A stretch of 62,935 bases of DNA, counting the filler, from Parasitella parasitica NRRL 2501 (taxonomy: Eukaryota > Fungi > Mucoromycota): assembly GCA_025201805.1 (NCBI GenBank). It is 4 parts of 4 records of this genome, joined end to end, with 100 filler letters (N's around TTAATTAATTAA, not from the genome) between each part and the next. Parts side by side here need not be neighbours in the genome. Positions count along the whole stretch, not along the records: positions 11,386 to 19,457 come from MU619502.1; positions 19,558 to 38,747 come from MU619428.1; 2 more parts are not named here. One strand, 5' to 3'. Position 1 is the stretch's first letter; every line of letters begins with the position of its first letter. A model generated the notes under the pieces. The model was not told the origin of the DNA. It made no database searches and saw only the letters and a program-made list of their open reading frames with translations. Both the position numbers and the translations under genes were made by a program. Of the stretch, positions 11,686 through 22,322 are shown piece by piece.

Positions 11686-12859
11686 AGCTTTCTTTTCTTT
11701 GACTTCTCTGCTTGGATTGTTTGAGGCTTCTGTCCTCTCGGCTTTCTTGGTGGAGGCTTTTTCATGACAACGTGAAGAACACTAGAAGAATGAATGGCGC
11801 CAATGATAGTATGTGAGGGGGGAGCGAGTCTTTGCAATATCAACAATGGCAGGTGTTCCTACTGCTGATCTAGCCCAATTGTTCCTCATGTTGATATTGA
11901 ATCCAGCCTCATCAATGAAGACGCAGTTTGTGCCGTAATCAAGATCAGAATCCTTCCAATTCATGAACCATTCATATCGTTTTTGCAAGTTTTCGGGAGA
12001 GTTTCTCGCCTTGGGGTCGAAGGTTGGCTTCTTGATGGATATGAGCATATTGTTCCTCAGATGATCATTCAGTTGAGACTTCGAGATTTTGAAGTCTTCA
12101 AACTTGGTTGTCAACATATCAATGATATCGTCAGCACAAAGCTGCGAGTCTTTTTCAATAACTTCCTGGATATACTTCTCATGTTCGCCAGTAAAGGAAC
12201 TGGGTCTGCCTGCATTTTTTTCAGATTTCTTGTAGGCTACCTCACCCGTCTCGTTATAGTGCTTTCACCAACGCATAGCGGTACGAGGGTTTATACCCAG
12301 CTCTTTCGCTGTTGCTGTTACCCTTCCTCTTTCCACAGGGCCTTCAAGCATTCTTTCAATAAATGTTTCTCTTGTGAGATCATTGTGCTGCTTGTAAGCG
12401 CGGTCCGAGACATATTTAGCAACTTTGAAAGGCTTTACAGAAACATCTTTCATAATGACTTCTTTGTCTTGTGGTTTAAGGGCCAAATATGCTTTCTGGC
12501 TGGTAATATAGTTTCAAGCACTATTTTGGGATCATTTATATTCGTCAATACATCTTCCATTGGATCAATAACCCGCTCTCCACGCTCATCATAGATGTTT
12601 TCTTGACCGTCTTCATAATAAAATGTATTTCTGCTCATATTGTTTAGTTACAAAAGTGAAGAAAAGACAGTTACATCATGGCAACCGACAAAGTGAATCC
12701 GTAAAACGGCCATAGTAAATCTGAGAAATGGCCAATAAAAATTGAGAAACGGCCGATCATTTTCTAGTTAGCGCCATTTATTTTTTGGTAAACGACAAAT
12801 CATTTTTTTGTAATCGCCATTTATTTTTGTAAAACGGACAATATTTCCCGGCCGCACTG
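11686..12859 (-). mobile_element. Tc1/mariner (IS630-like) element, 5' half with frameshifted transposase (ATG 12638)
   Basis: HTH ATAKELGINPRTAMRW; KPTFDPKARNSPENLQKRYEW; VFIDEAGFNINMRNNWARS (first D); TIIGAI. Terminus CAGTGCGGCCGGGAAAT next to TA at 12860-61. Confidence 0.9.
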
Positions 12860-13192
12860 TATTCGTATTTGATTTAAGTAGTTGTTCCTAAGGGTTTACT
12901 GTGTTTCTGTGATCTGTTCTTCAATTGGAATAGGCAACAATTAATAAAAGCAAATTACGAAAGAGAAGCTCTGTGTTTATTTGAAGATCAACTTCTACTT
13001 TTAATGTTTCAGGTACCGAGTTCTTGGACAGACCACATCTTGTGTATCTTCTCTTATCACGTGCTTCCTTTTTCGGTAACTTGAGGATAACTAATCCATG
13101 GCACGTATCAAACTGATAAATGTCAAGTTCTCTTTTATGATTACCTTCGTAAGTGAGCAGGTAAGTCAAAGTGATATAAATTTGTTTGTTAA

Positions 13193-13693
13193 TAGGGAGA
13201 CTGTAAGAGCTATTTAAATTGTATATCGGGAAAATGAATTAAAATCTAGGGTAGTTGGTGTTAAATGTGAAAAAATAATAATAGTAACTAAAGTGTAAAA
13301 GAAAGAAAAATTCGATATGGTTTATTAAAAATAAAATGATCGTTTTTATACGATTTCATAATGTCTATCTACATCTACAGGTCTACTTTCTAAATTCAAA
13401 CTATCATAAACTGTCAAATCGAACTGTCAAATCTCCATTTCAAAGTAAAAATAAATGCCCCAGGTCAAAATGTAACCATGAACTTCAACATTTAGCCATC
13501 GGCAACAATTATATAATCCAAAATAAGAGGCTAAATTTAGATTGACTTTCACCTCGAGAATAAACATGCATTCAAAACACCATTTAAAAATACGTATTAC
13601 TTGACTCTTCGTAAACATCACGTGAAAATGAGTTGCTTTTTTGAGAAATAGTATATTGTAAATTGGCAACAGAAAAATAATGCATATATCAAA
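13193..13693 (+). repeat. Dispersed non-coding repeat, copy B
   Basis: Begins TAGGGAGACTGTAAG; similar to the reverse complement of 8540-9053; similarity stops about 10 bp before the tRNA. Confidence 0.75.
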
Positions 13694-13702
13694 ACCAGCT
13701 AT

Positions 13703-13774
13703 GGTTTCATAGTATAATGGTTAGTACACAGGACTTTGAATCCTGTGATCCGAGTTCGATCCTCGGTGAGACCT
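13703..13774 (+). tRNA. tRNA-Gln (anticodon UUG)
   Basis: 72-nt cloverleaf: acceptor GGTTTCA/TGAGACC, anticodon arm CAGGA-CTTTGAA-TCCTG, T-arm CCGAG-TTCGATC-CTCGG; T5 terminator follows. Confidence 0.95.
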
Positions 13775-13950
13775 CTTTTTGATTTCACACATCCAATGTG
13801 GTGTGTGTAGATCACACTGTTTCAGTTGGATGATTTCCAAACCTCAATTAATAAATAAAATCGTAATTCATTTGGGATTGATGTTCAAAGGACGTGAATG
13901 AAATTTATTCACTTTTTGTGATCTACAGCCAAATTAAACGATGAAGAAAG

Positions 13951-14059
13951 TGTTGTGCCAGTGTCACAGGGCGCAGCGTTAATATTATGCAAATAAGTTG
14001 TTTGTATAAAGTGTAATAAAGACTTTTCTGAATAAAACCAGATACGAAACTGAAGACTA
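13951..14059 (+). mobile_element. 5' half of a short LTR (TGTTGTGCC family), cut by the CACTATG element
   Basis: Matches the first half of the LTRs at 33994-34199 (-) and 20008-20195; mirrored at 18121-18229. Confidence 0.7.
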
Positions 14060-15578
14060 CACTATGGCCTCGCCAATTTCTCATAAGAATATAGATGTGC
14101 ATGAACGGGAACATATTTTAAAGCCAAAAAAAGTGCTTATCGAGCTAGGTTAAGGCGATAAATGTGCTCATGCGAGAACAAAAATTGAAACATCTTAAAT
14201 GATCACATTTTTATGCTTAAATGAGCACATAAATTACTAGTTTCATAGGCTTAAAATTACGCTCAAAAGGCTTGAAAAACTGTGCTCATGAAGCGAAAAT
14301 GTGCCCGTACACTCAAAAAAATGTGCTNNNNNNNNNNNNNNNNNNNNNNNNNNNNNNNNNNNNNNNNNNNNNNNNNNNNNNNNNNNNNNNNNNNNNNNNN
14401 NNNNNNNNNNNNNNNNNNNNNNNNNNNNNNNNNNNNNNNNNNNNNNNNNNNNNNNNNNNNNNNNNNNNNNNNNNNNNNNNNNNNNNNNNNNNNNNNNNNN
14501 NNNNNNNNNNNNNNNNNNNNNNNNNNNNNNNNNNNNNNNNNNNNNNNNNNNNNNNNNNNNNNNNNNNNNNNNNNNNNNNNNNNNNNNNNNNNNNNNNNNN
14601 NNNNNNNNNNNNNNNNNNNNNNNNNNNNNNNNNNNNNNNNNNNNNNNNNNNNNNNNNNNNNNNNNNNNNNNNNNNNNNNNNNNNNNNNNNNNNNNNNNNN
14701 NNNNNNNNNNNNNNNNNNNNNNNNNNNNNNNNNNNNNNNNNNNNNNNNNNNNNNNNNNNNNNNNNNNNNNNNNNNNNNNNNNNNNNNNNNNNNNNNNNNN
14801 NNNNNNNNNNNNNNNNNTCGTTAACCTTTGGTTTTTTTATTATCTTTTTGATCCAACACTCCTGGATGTTCTCGGCAAACATAGAGTAGGTGGATTAATG
14901 GTCCGGATGTTTTGCAAAATTCGCTAAAACAAGATGTAGATTATGAAGAACACGTTATCCGATCAACATGAAACCAACGTCATTAAAGAGAGCAAATGAA
15001 ATTTAATAAAATGAAAAAAGTTTTATTTTGATTGGTCAACTGAGGTTGAAATAATTTGGGGTTAAAATTCATGTAGGCATCCGGACCATTTTTCAGGGTG
15101 CTTATAAAATCACTTAAGTAGTTAGTATGACCACCTTTAGCTTTGATTACTGCCTCAATTCTTGCAGGCATGCTATCAATATATCGTTGACAATCTTCTT
15201 TGGTAAACGCAGCCCATTGTTCTTCTACTCTCTCCCAAAATTCATGTACTCCTCTAGCCTTGGTGGGATATGAGCTCAATGTTAATTTTAGATGGTGCCA
15301 GACGTGTTCAATAGTAGGGTTTAGATCCGGGCTCTGGGGTGGCCAGCTATAAGTCCAATCAACATTAAAGTTATTGTCCGCAAACCACTGTATAGTAACC
15401 TTTGCAGTGTGTTTAGGGTCTTTGTCTTGCTGAAAATAGATTTTTTCTAGGTCGTAACCATACCAATCTAAAGTATCCATCATGGCTGTTTCCAGTATAT
15501 CTATATAATCTTTTTTTTTTCATAGTGCCATCAAAAATGTGACAAGCGTATCAAGGACCATCGTATGTTATACAACCC

Positions 15579-16255
15579 TGATGTGAATTACTGGCAGTCT
15601 TTCACACATCATATTGAATTAGTAAAGCAGATCTTAGTTCTTGACTAAGATCCTGAGAATAAAGCATTAATAATAAGAATTATACCATTAATATTATACA
15701 TTTAAAGACGATTGTACAACTTGTACTCCACATTAATCAAGCACTGCTTACTGCTTTCCCATGAAGCTTGATTTATCAGAATGAGAAATTATTCAAATAA
15801 AACGGTTGTGAATTAATCAGGTAAAGATCTCGTTTATTACATGGAAAAAATGATGGTTTATATACTAGTGAATCTAAGTGGACTGATGGGAGGATAAGAT
15901 ACAAGTGTGAGACATGGTGTGATTTAGAGAATGGAACGATAGATCATATCTATTATCCATGAACATGTCATGTTGAGTTATAAATAAGGAACATGATCCA
16001 TTGGGATATGTTCCTGAATTGTGTTCAGGATTGAGTTTACTTGAGTTTGACTTCCGGTTGGGAAATTGACACATCAAAGCTTAATTTAATCAAGATCAAG
16101 TTATTACATTAGTAACTTGAATTCACTATATTTTACTTTACTATAAATAAGATGAAGTTCAAGGAGCTAACCAGAACTTCACTTACATTTTAACTTTAAT
16201 AAACCAAGAAGAGTTATAATTGTATTTTTCTAAGCTTTTTTTAATTTTTATAGCA
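15579..16255. mobile_element. Solo LTR (~364 bp without its insert) inside the Tc1 transposase
   Basis: TG...CA ends; 5-bp TSD AACCC (15574-78 and 16256-60). Removal restores MMWGCITYDGP. Confidence 0.85.
15769..16076 (-). mobile_element. Solo LTR (308 bp) nested in the previous solo LTR
   Basis: TGAT...ATCA ends; 5-bp TSD AAGCT (15764-68 and 16077-81); same family as 108-417. Confidence 0.9.
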
Positions 16256-17819
16256 AACCCCACATCATGAGGCTACCACCACCGTGCTTGACTGTAAGGT
16301 CTAAGTGGTGAAATTGCAGTTTGTCATCTGATCTTTTCCTGCAGTACTTGATACCATCAGAGCCCCAAATGTTGATTTTGGTTTCATCAGAGAAAATCAT
16401 CCTTCTCCAGTCATCTTTCGTCCAGCTGTGATGAGCTTTGGCCCATTCAAGCCTTTGTTTTCTAGATTAAGCTTCAGCATAATAGGCTTTTTCTTCTTTT
16501 TGGCTGCCTGAAATCCCAATGATTTGAGTAATTTAAGACATGCTGAATATCCAATTTTGAATCCAAGATCATTCAAGTATGTTTCTACTTCTTTTCCAGT
16601 CTTAAGTTCACCAAGTACTACCTTTTTACGAATGACATTTCGAGATGTTTCTTTCAAAACAGGACGTCGACCAGGCACAGATGACTGCAAATTACGAAAC
16701 CACTTACGTTTATAGTCAGAAATAGTTGATTTTTTGACTCCAGGAACGCGTTTCATAATTTGTGAATAAGAATAACCAGATTGCAATAAATTCTTGATAC
16801 TATTTTGAGTGTCCATAGGCAAAGAGCGTACCATTTTATACAATATCAATAAGATGCGAGTTTGATATAAAAAAGAAAGAAAAAAAAAGGCCAAAAATAA
16901 ACTAAAACAGTTTTTATATCTTCTGTACTGATGACTAATCAGTTGTGACTGTTTTGGTAAAGAAATCCATGAGCTTTTATATGAGCTTCCAATTACGTTT
17001 GAGTACCCTGAAAAATGGTCCGGATGCACACATGAATTTTAGTTCCAAATTATTTCGATCTCCGTTGACCAATCAAAATAAAATCTTTATAGTATATTAA
17101 AGGCTATTTTTTCTCTTGAATGACGTTAATTTCGTAATGATTGGACAATTTGTTCATGATCTACATCGTGTTTCAGAGAATTTTGCAAAACATCCGGACC
17201 ATTAATCCACCACCTACTGTAGGCAATAGCTAAAAATGATGCTATGTATAAAATTTTTTTTTGCATTATACGTCGTTTGGGTGTCAATGTCAAGGTAGTT
17301 TTGAATACTTTTTGGCTTGCTTCTTTTGCTTTATTAATATACACTAAGATTAGATTTCTTCTATTATTTAGGCATGCTACAGGTATAATTTTGTGCGCAG
17401 TATCTGAACATATACGATAATATGAGAGGTTTGTTGCTCATTTTTGCCCTGGATTCTAGAAGTTATGAAGCTAAACCTTGTTATACTTTTTTTTCAAGAT
17501 GCTGCCTCCTTGCTTCTTTTTTCGAGTATTATATATGATCTAGTGTATCATCTCTTTTCACAATTAATGTAGGTGGTTATTTGTTATTGTCGTCAACATA
17601 ATTTATTATACTCATGCACTTTTCTTGTATATAGCAAATACCTCAGCGGCTGCTTCAATTTCAAATCGGTAATAGCTAATCTTGCACTGTTTTCCATCAT
17701 TGCCTGTGTGAACCAAAGGCTACATAATCAAGACAATATTGTATGTAACGATATGAAACGAAAGCAATAATAAATTACTGGTCCATACTACAAAAATTGA
17801 GAAATAAACAAAAGCTACA

Positions 17820-18478
17820 GCTACATTTTTATACGCAAATTTTACTTTTTTAAGCACATTTTTTTGAGTGTACGGGCACATTTTCGCTTCATGAGCACAG
17901 TTTTTCAAGCCTTTTGAGCGTAATTTTAAGCCTATGAAACTAGTAATTTATGTGATCATTTAAGCATAAAAATGTGATCATTTAAGATGTTTCAATTTTT
18001 GTTCTCGCATGAGCACATTTATCGCCTTAACCTAGCTCGATAAGCACTTTTTTTGGCTTTAAAATATGTTCCCGTTCATGCACATCTATATTCTTATGAG
18101 AAATCGGCGAGGCCATAGTGTAGTCTTCAGTTTCGTATCTGGTTTTATTCAGAAAAGTCTTTATTACACTTTATACAAACAACTTATTTGCATAATATTA
18201 ACGCTGCGCCCTGTGACACTGGCACAACACTTTCTTCATCGTTTAATTTGGCTGTAGATCACAAAAAGTGAATAAATTTCATTCACGTCCTTTGAACATC
18301 AATCCCAAATGAATTACGATTTTATTTATTAATTGAGGTTTGGAAATCATCCAACTGAAACAGTGTGATCTACACACACCACATTGGATGTGTGAAATCA
18401 AAAAGAGGTCTCACCGAGGATCGAACTCGGATCACAGGATTCAAAGTCCTGTGTACTAACCATTATACTATGAAACCA
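17820..18478 (-). repeat. Right arm of the inverted duplication, including the CACTATG end at 18120
   Basis: Reverse complement of 13702-14327; 17820-18120 also matches 11386-11685. Confidence 0.9.
18406..18477 (-). tRNA. tRNA-Gln (anticodon UUG), second copy
   Basis: Reverse complement matches 13703-13774. Confidence 0.95.
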
Positions 18479-19557
18479 GATCCATTTTGTCAGCACTGGT
18501 TTGACACGTATTCCGGAGGTAGCAATGGCCAAGCCGGGCAAACGCAAGTTCAAGCCAAGAGTACCTCTTTCCAGAAAGTTCAAGAAACATAAGCTTACTT
18601 ATATTATAAATAGATAGCAATTTCTAGAAACCAAGACAGACAAATACAAAACCATGGTAACTTCTGGAAATAGTTTACCATTAGTATAAATATAACATAA
18701 AATTTATTAAATAAACATCATCTTTATTCTGTTAATCAAAACCTATTATATTCTCTCTTATCTAACATTTGCCCAAACATTGCATAGTGTATATCACGTG
18801 TTTTTCCTCCATATTATACTTGCTGGTTACCTACTATTGAATTCTACATCTGACAATTTAGAAAGGTTTTCAATAAATATCGATAGGATAAAACTATGTA
18901 TTAGGTAAAGACAAAGGTGAAGAGCTTTATTGATTTTAAAGCGAATACTATTTATAATGCATATGCTAGGGTGACCCGTACTACGTCACCATTGTTTGAA
19001 GCCTCTGCCCCTTTTTAAATCGCCGGACCGGCACTGTTGGTCGGAAGACCCGCTTCTTGCTCGCATTGTGCCGGAGCACTGCCTCCGGCACGAGTCCACT
19101 AAACATCTTCCTAACAATTTCGATACTCTGCGGTGTGGATTTGTGAAATTTGTAGCGATGTGTTGGAAAGATCTTGCAGTAAACAGGTCAATGCCGAGAC
19201 TAATTAGACTGTTTTGCTGTTGTTTAAGTGTATATTATGTCGAATAACTAGAATAGTATATGAAGTGAACAAGACTAGATTCCCATCATAAAATATTGTC
19301 ATCTTCCCAACAATAGAAGCTATGACTACAAAGATAAACAAATATAGCAGGGATAGAAATCGACATATTATGTCAAAATAGCATGTTGTGCCACAAACTA
19401 AAGCCTGAAAAGGAACAATTCATCAAACAATGAAAGCTTCCTAATCGCATGAATAAGNNNNNNNNNNNNNNNNNNNNNNNNNNNNNNNNNNNNNNNNNNN
19501 NTTAATTAATTAANNNNNNNNNNNNNNNNNNNNNNNNNNNNNNNNNNNNNNNNNNNN

Positions 19558-20006
19558 ATCATGAATATAAGATATTTGCTCATAACTTTTGATAGACGCA
19601 TTGCCCAAAGGAAATCAAGTTATGCTCAGATAGCGATGATCATGCCTGATTTGATGGCGCATAAGACAGGCTTTGATTTGCTCTTTATCGTAGCCTACCA
19701 GCGATTATATGCAATTCTCATATGTAAATATGTGATATCATCTGATCAATTTACAGATATCAATGAAAACACGGAAGCCAATGTTGTTGCCAGATAGCGC
19801 CAAGTCAACGCCAAGTTTTCCAACTTAGATCATGGTTCTATGGTCATTTTAGCAAAAGTTATGAGCAAATATCTTATATTCATGATAAATATTGAAAAAT
19901 AAAACTGTTTTTGCACATAACTTTTGATAGACGCATTGCCCAAAGGAAATCAAGTTATGCTCAGATAGCGATGATCATGCCTGATTTGATGGCACATAAG
20001 ACAGGC
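19558..20006. repeat. Tandem repeat (~335-bp period) with an internal 34-bp inverted repeat
   Basis: 19581-19671 recurs at 19916-20006; 19558-19591 is the exact reverse complement of 19853-19886; begins at a gap. Confidence 0.85.
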
Positions 20007-20007
20007 G

Positions 20008-20195
20008 TGTTTTGCCATTGTCAAAGGGCGCAGCGTGATGTTATGTAAATATGATTTGTATAAAGTAATAAAGACTTTTATTGACAGAAGATATGATTTC
20101 TATTTATACTAAAAAATATCCCAATCAATGTTTATCCACATAACATCTGATGTGTGACAAGAAGTGTCAAACCTTATTAAATCACAGCATTTCCA
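20008..20195 (+). mobile_element. Short LTR (TGTTGTGCC family)
   Basis: TG...CA; similar end to end to the reverse complement of 33994-34199; no TSD seen. Confidence 0.65.
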
Positions 20196-20639
20196 GGACA
20201 GACCTATCTTTCTACTTTACATTGAAGAGAAGATTGGGTAGGATGTCTTCCCGACATCCCGCGATCTGATCTAGATGTATTCTTGAATAAGCCTGAAACC
20301 TTGCAAGAGGTCCAATTACAACTTGTAGCTTATTCTTTATTTGTAAAGGAATTATTACCAACAATTAATATCATGATCCGTGCATTATGACTAAGTTAGA
20401 TATGAAATATGTAGCCTTTATATGGATACAACAAAAGCTTCTTATATGGGAACATATTTGCTTTATACCTTTATTGAATGAGTGGATGTTAATTAATCAA
20501 TAAATTAATAAAGAACGTTTGAAAGAGATTCTATTGCTACAAGAAGTTTTCATTACAAACTTTGTCTCAACAAACTTGTTTCTACCCCTTATAATCGTCA
20601 ATTCTCAATATAATATAAACTCATACTAAAGAGTAAAAC

Positions 20640-20817
20640 ATCAGATCATAAAATAATATGACATGACATTTGGGAAATCTATCTCCTGGATCTCATCACT
20701 AAACCTTTATCCTCACTTCGCTTTCCTCGGTCCATTGAAAGTATATAAACCTCCTTTTTGAATATGACACACGGATTTTTACCTGATTAATTTCTATCAA
20801 GTTTTTCTGATAAAACA
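20640..20817 (+). mobile_element. Diverged LTR 3' part related to the 108-417 family
   Basis: GTATATAAACC...TTTACCTGATTAATT...TCTGATAAAACA parallels the end of the 108-417 LTR; left limit unclear. Confidence 0.45.
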
Positions 20818-22322
20818 GTCAATGCGCTCTTAATACCACGAATATAGTGTAATGCACAATATTATTGTACCTGAGAATGTAACATCAGGTTCTAAAATGC
20901 ACCTAGATGGTTCATCTTAAAAATTAAAAAGGCTTTTCCTTAGGTATTAGAATGTAGCTAAATTCTTGATTACTATGACCTTATTTGCATGATCTAGAAG
21001 AATAGTTGCAACCGACCCTAACATCTTTTTCCACCTGCAGTAAATTTGAAAGATTTACGAAATAAAAAAAAAGTAAAAAATAAAAGCGATATGAAATTAC
21101 AATTATAACAAGTTTGGGGTTCTTTATTATGAAAGTATACTGAGGTTTTATCTAGAGAAAAAAATCTTGGTATTTATAGGATTTGAATTGTTGTATATCA
21201 GTTCTCATGAATGAAGCATTGATCCTAGAGTCAATGCGTTAATTTGTCGTTGTTTAATTTTAGGTTTTAAGGAGAAGCAGATTATGCTGAATGCTTTCAC
21301 CATTGATGGAGATTTGCGTAACATTGGTTGGCCGTGTTAGGATGGCTATCGTCATACTTTAGTTATTCTGTTAAAGATATCCTTATCTAGAATGATGGGA
21401 AAAACTCATTGAATGACGAGCTGCCATAATTGATATCTTTGTCATTATTATTCTTATTCTGAATGTCTATTGTGTAAGGGAAAGCACTTTGATCAGGAGT
21501 GTTTTCCTTCACACGACATTCATTGATAAGGTCTTAAATTGTATTTGGAATTCGATTTGATTTATATGACTTAATATGTTATGCGAACTCGAATGGCATG
21601 AATTGACTATGCGTGACATTTGAGTCTTATTTTTTTAGTTACCTGCTTTTAGTTATACCATTCCATTGCACCACCTCCTTAATTCTTGTTTCACGAAAGA
21701 GCCTATTTTCCTAAAAAGAAAAATGGGCTACACGTCCTACATTTTTTGTTCAACAGAAAAAGATGACATTCTTGAACACTTCATGTATTACTGTATACAA
21801 ATAAGCTGCTTACCATCTTGCATTATTAGAAACAACCAGCCCATATGTTGGCAAGAAGATGAAATAGAGACATTTTCTTCATTTTGTCTGGACGTATACT
21901 TGTAATCAAGGGTTAGACAAGATAACTTATCAAACTGCGTTCAGAACGATGTCTTTGGCCAGGCAACATCCCCTGTTTAGTGTAATTAGAAAAAAATGCC
22001 ATTATCCAGTGTATATCTCATTTCTCATGCTTACTGACCAACAAAGCTAAATTGTAATATGTCTATATTTATTGACACAGGTAAACAAACATGCTAACTC
22101 ATTTTGCCCATTTATTTTATGCAGATATAGGATGAAAAGGTACAATATGTGAAGAGTGTGTTGTAATAATTTCTGAAACGGTTGAGGAGCAACATCTGCC
22201 ATGCATCCTATTTTTCTTCAACACGTCAGATAAATTAAAAGTAATGTAGCGAAAATGCCGAAAAACAGACGTTTATTTATGTTAATGAAATTTATTGAAT
22301 TATGCAATGCTACTATATAAAA

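Larger units (their letters stand above)
13702..14327 (+). repeat. Left arm of a near-identical inverted duplication (tRNA, spacer, half LTR, CACTATG end)
   Basis: Collinear with the reverse complement of ~17853-18478 (coordinates sum to 32180 at both the tRNA and the CACTATG end); only a few substitutions; runs into a gap. Confidence 0.9.
14884..17219 (-). mobile_element. Full-length Tc1-like DNA transposon with ~210-bp TIRs; transposase (~15115-16835) degraded
   Basis: TA flanks at 14882-83 and 17220-21; diverged TIRs 14884-15092 and ~17010-17219; motifs IFSDETKIN, VKHGGGSLMMWGC, FQQDKDPKH, WPPQSPDLNP(T)IEHVW, SMPARIEAVIKAKGGHTNY. Confidence 0.95.

Noticed and set aside
11983-12594. 203-aa plus-strand ORF, and similar ones such as 34274-34828 and 4556-5011
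   Set aside because: Antisense shadows of transposase, gag or recombinase frames.
8540-13693. Two ~500-bp inverted repeats as TIRs of one large element
   Set aside because: Their sharp termini face inward toward each other, so they are separate copies.
14060-18120. One transposon with long TIRs and a TA TSD
   Set aside because: The flanks are themselves inverted copies carrying the same half-LTR, so the TA symmetry is forced by the duplication.
1-21000. Centromere
   Set aside because: Repeat-rich, but no LINE-type reverse transcriptase of the kind flanking Mucor centromeres and no identifiable core motif.
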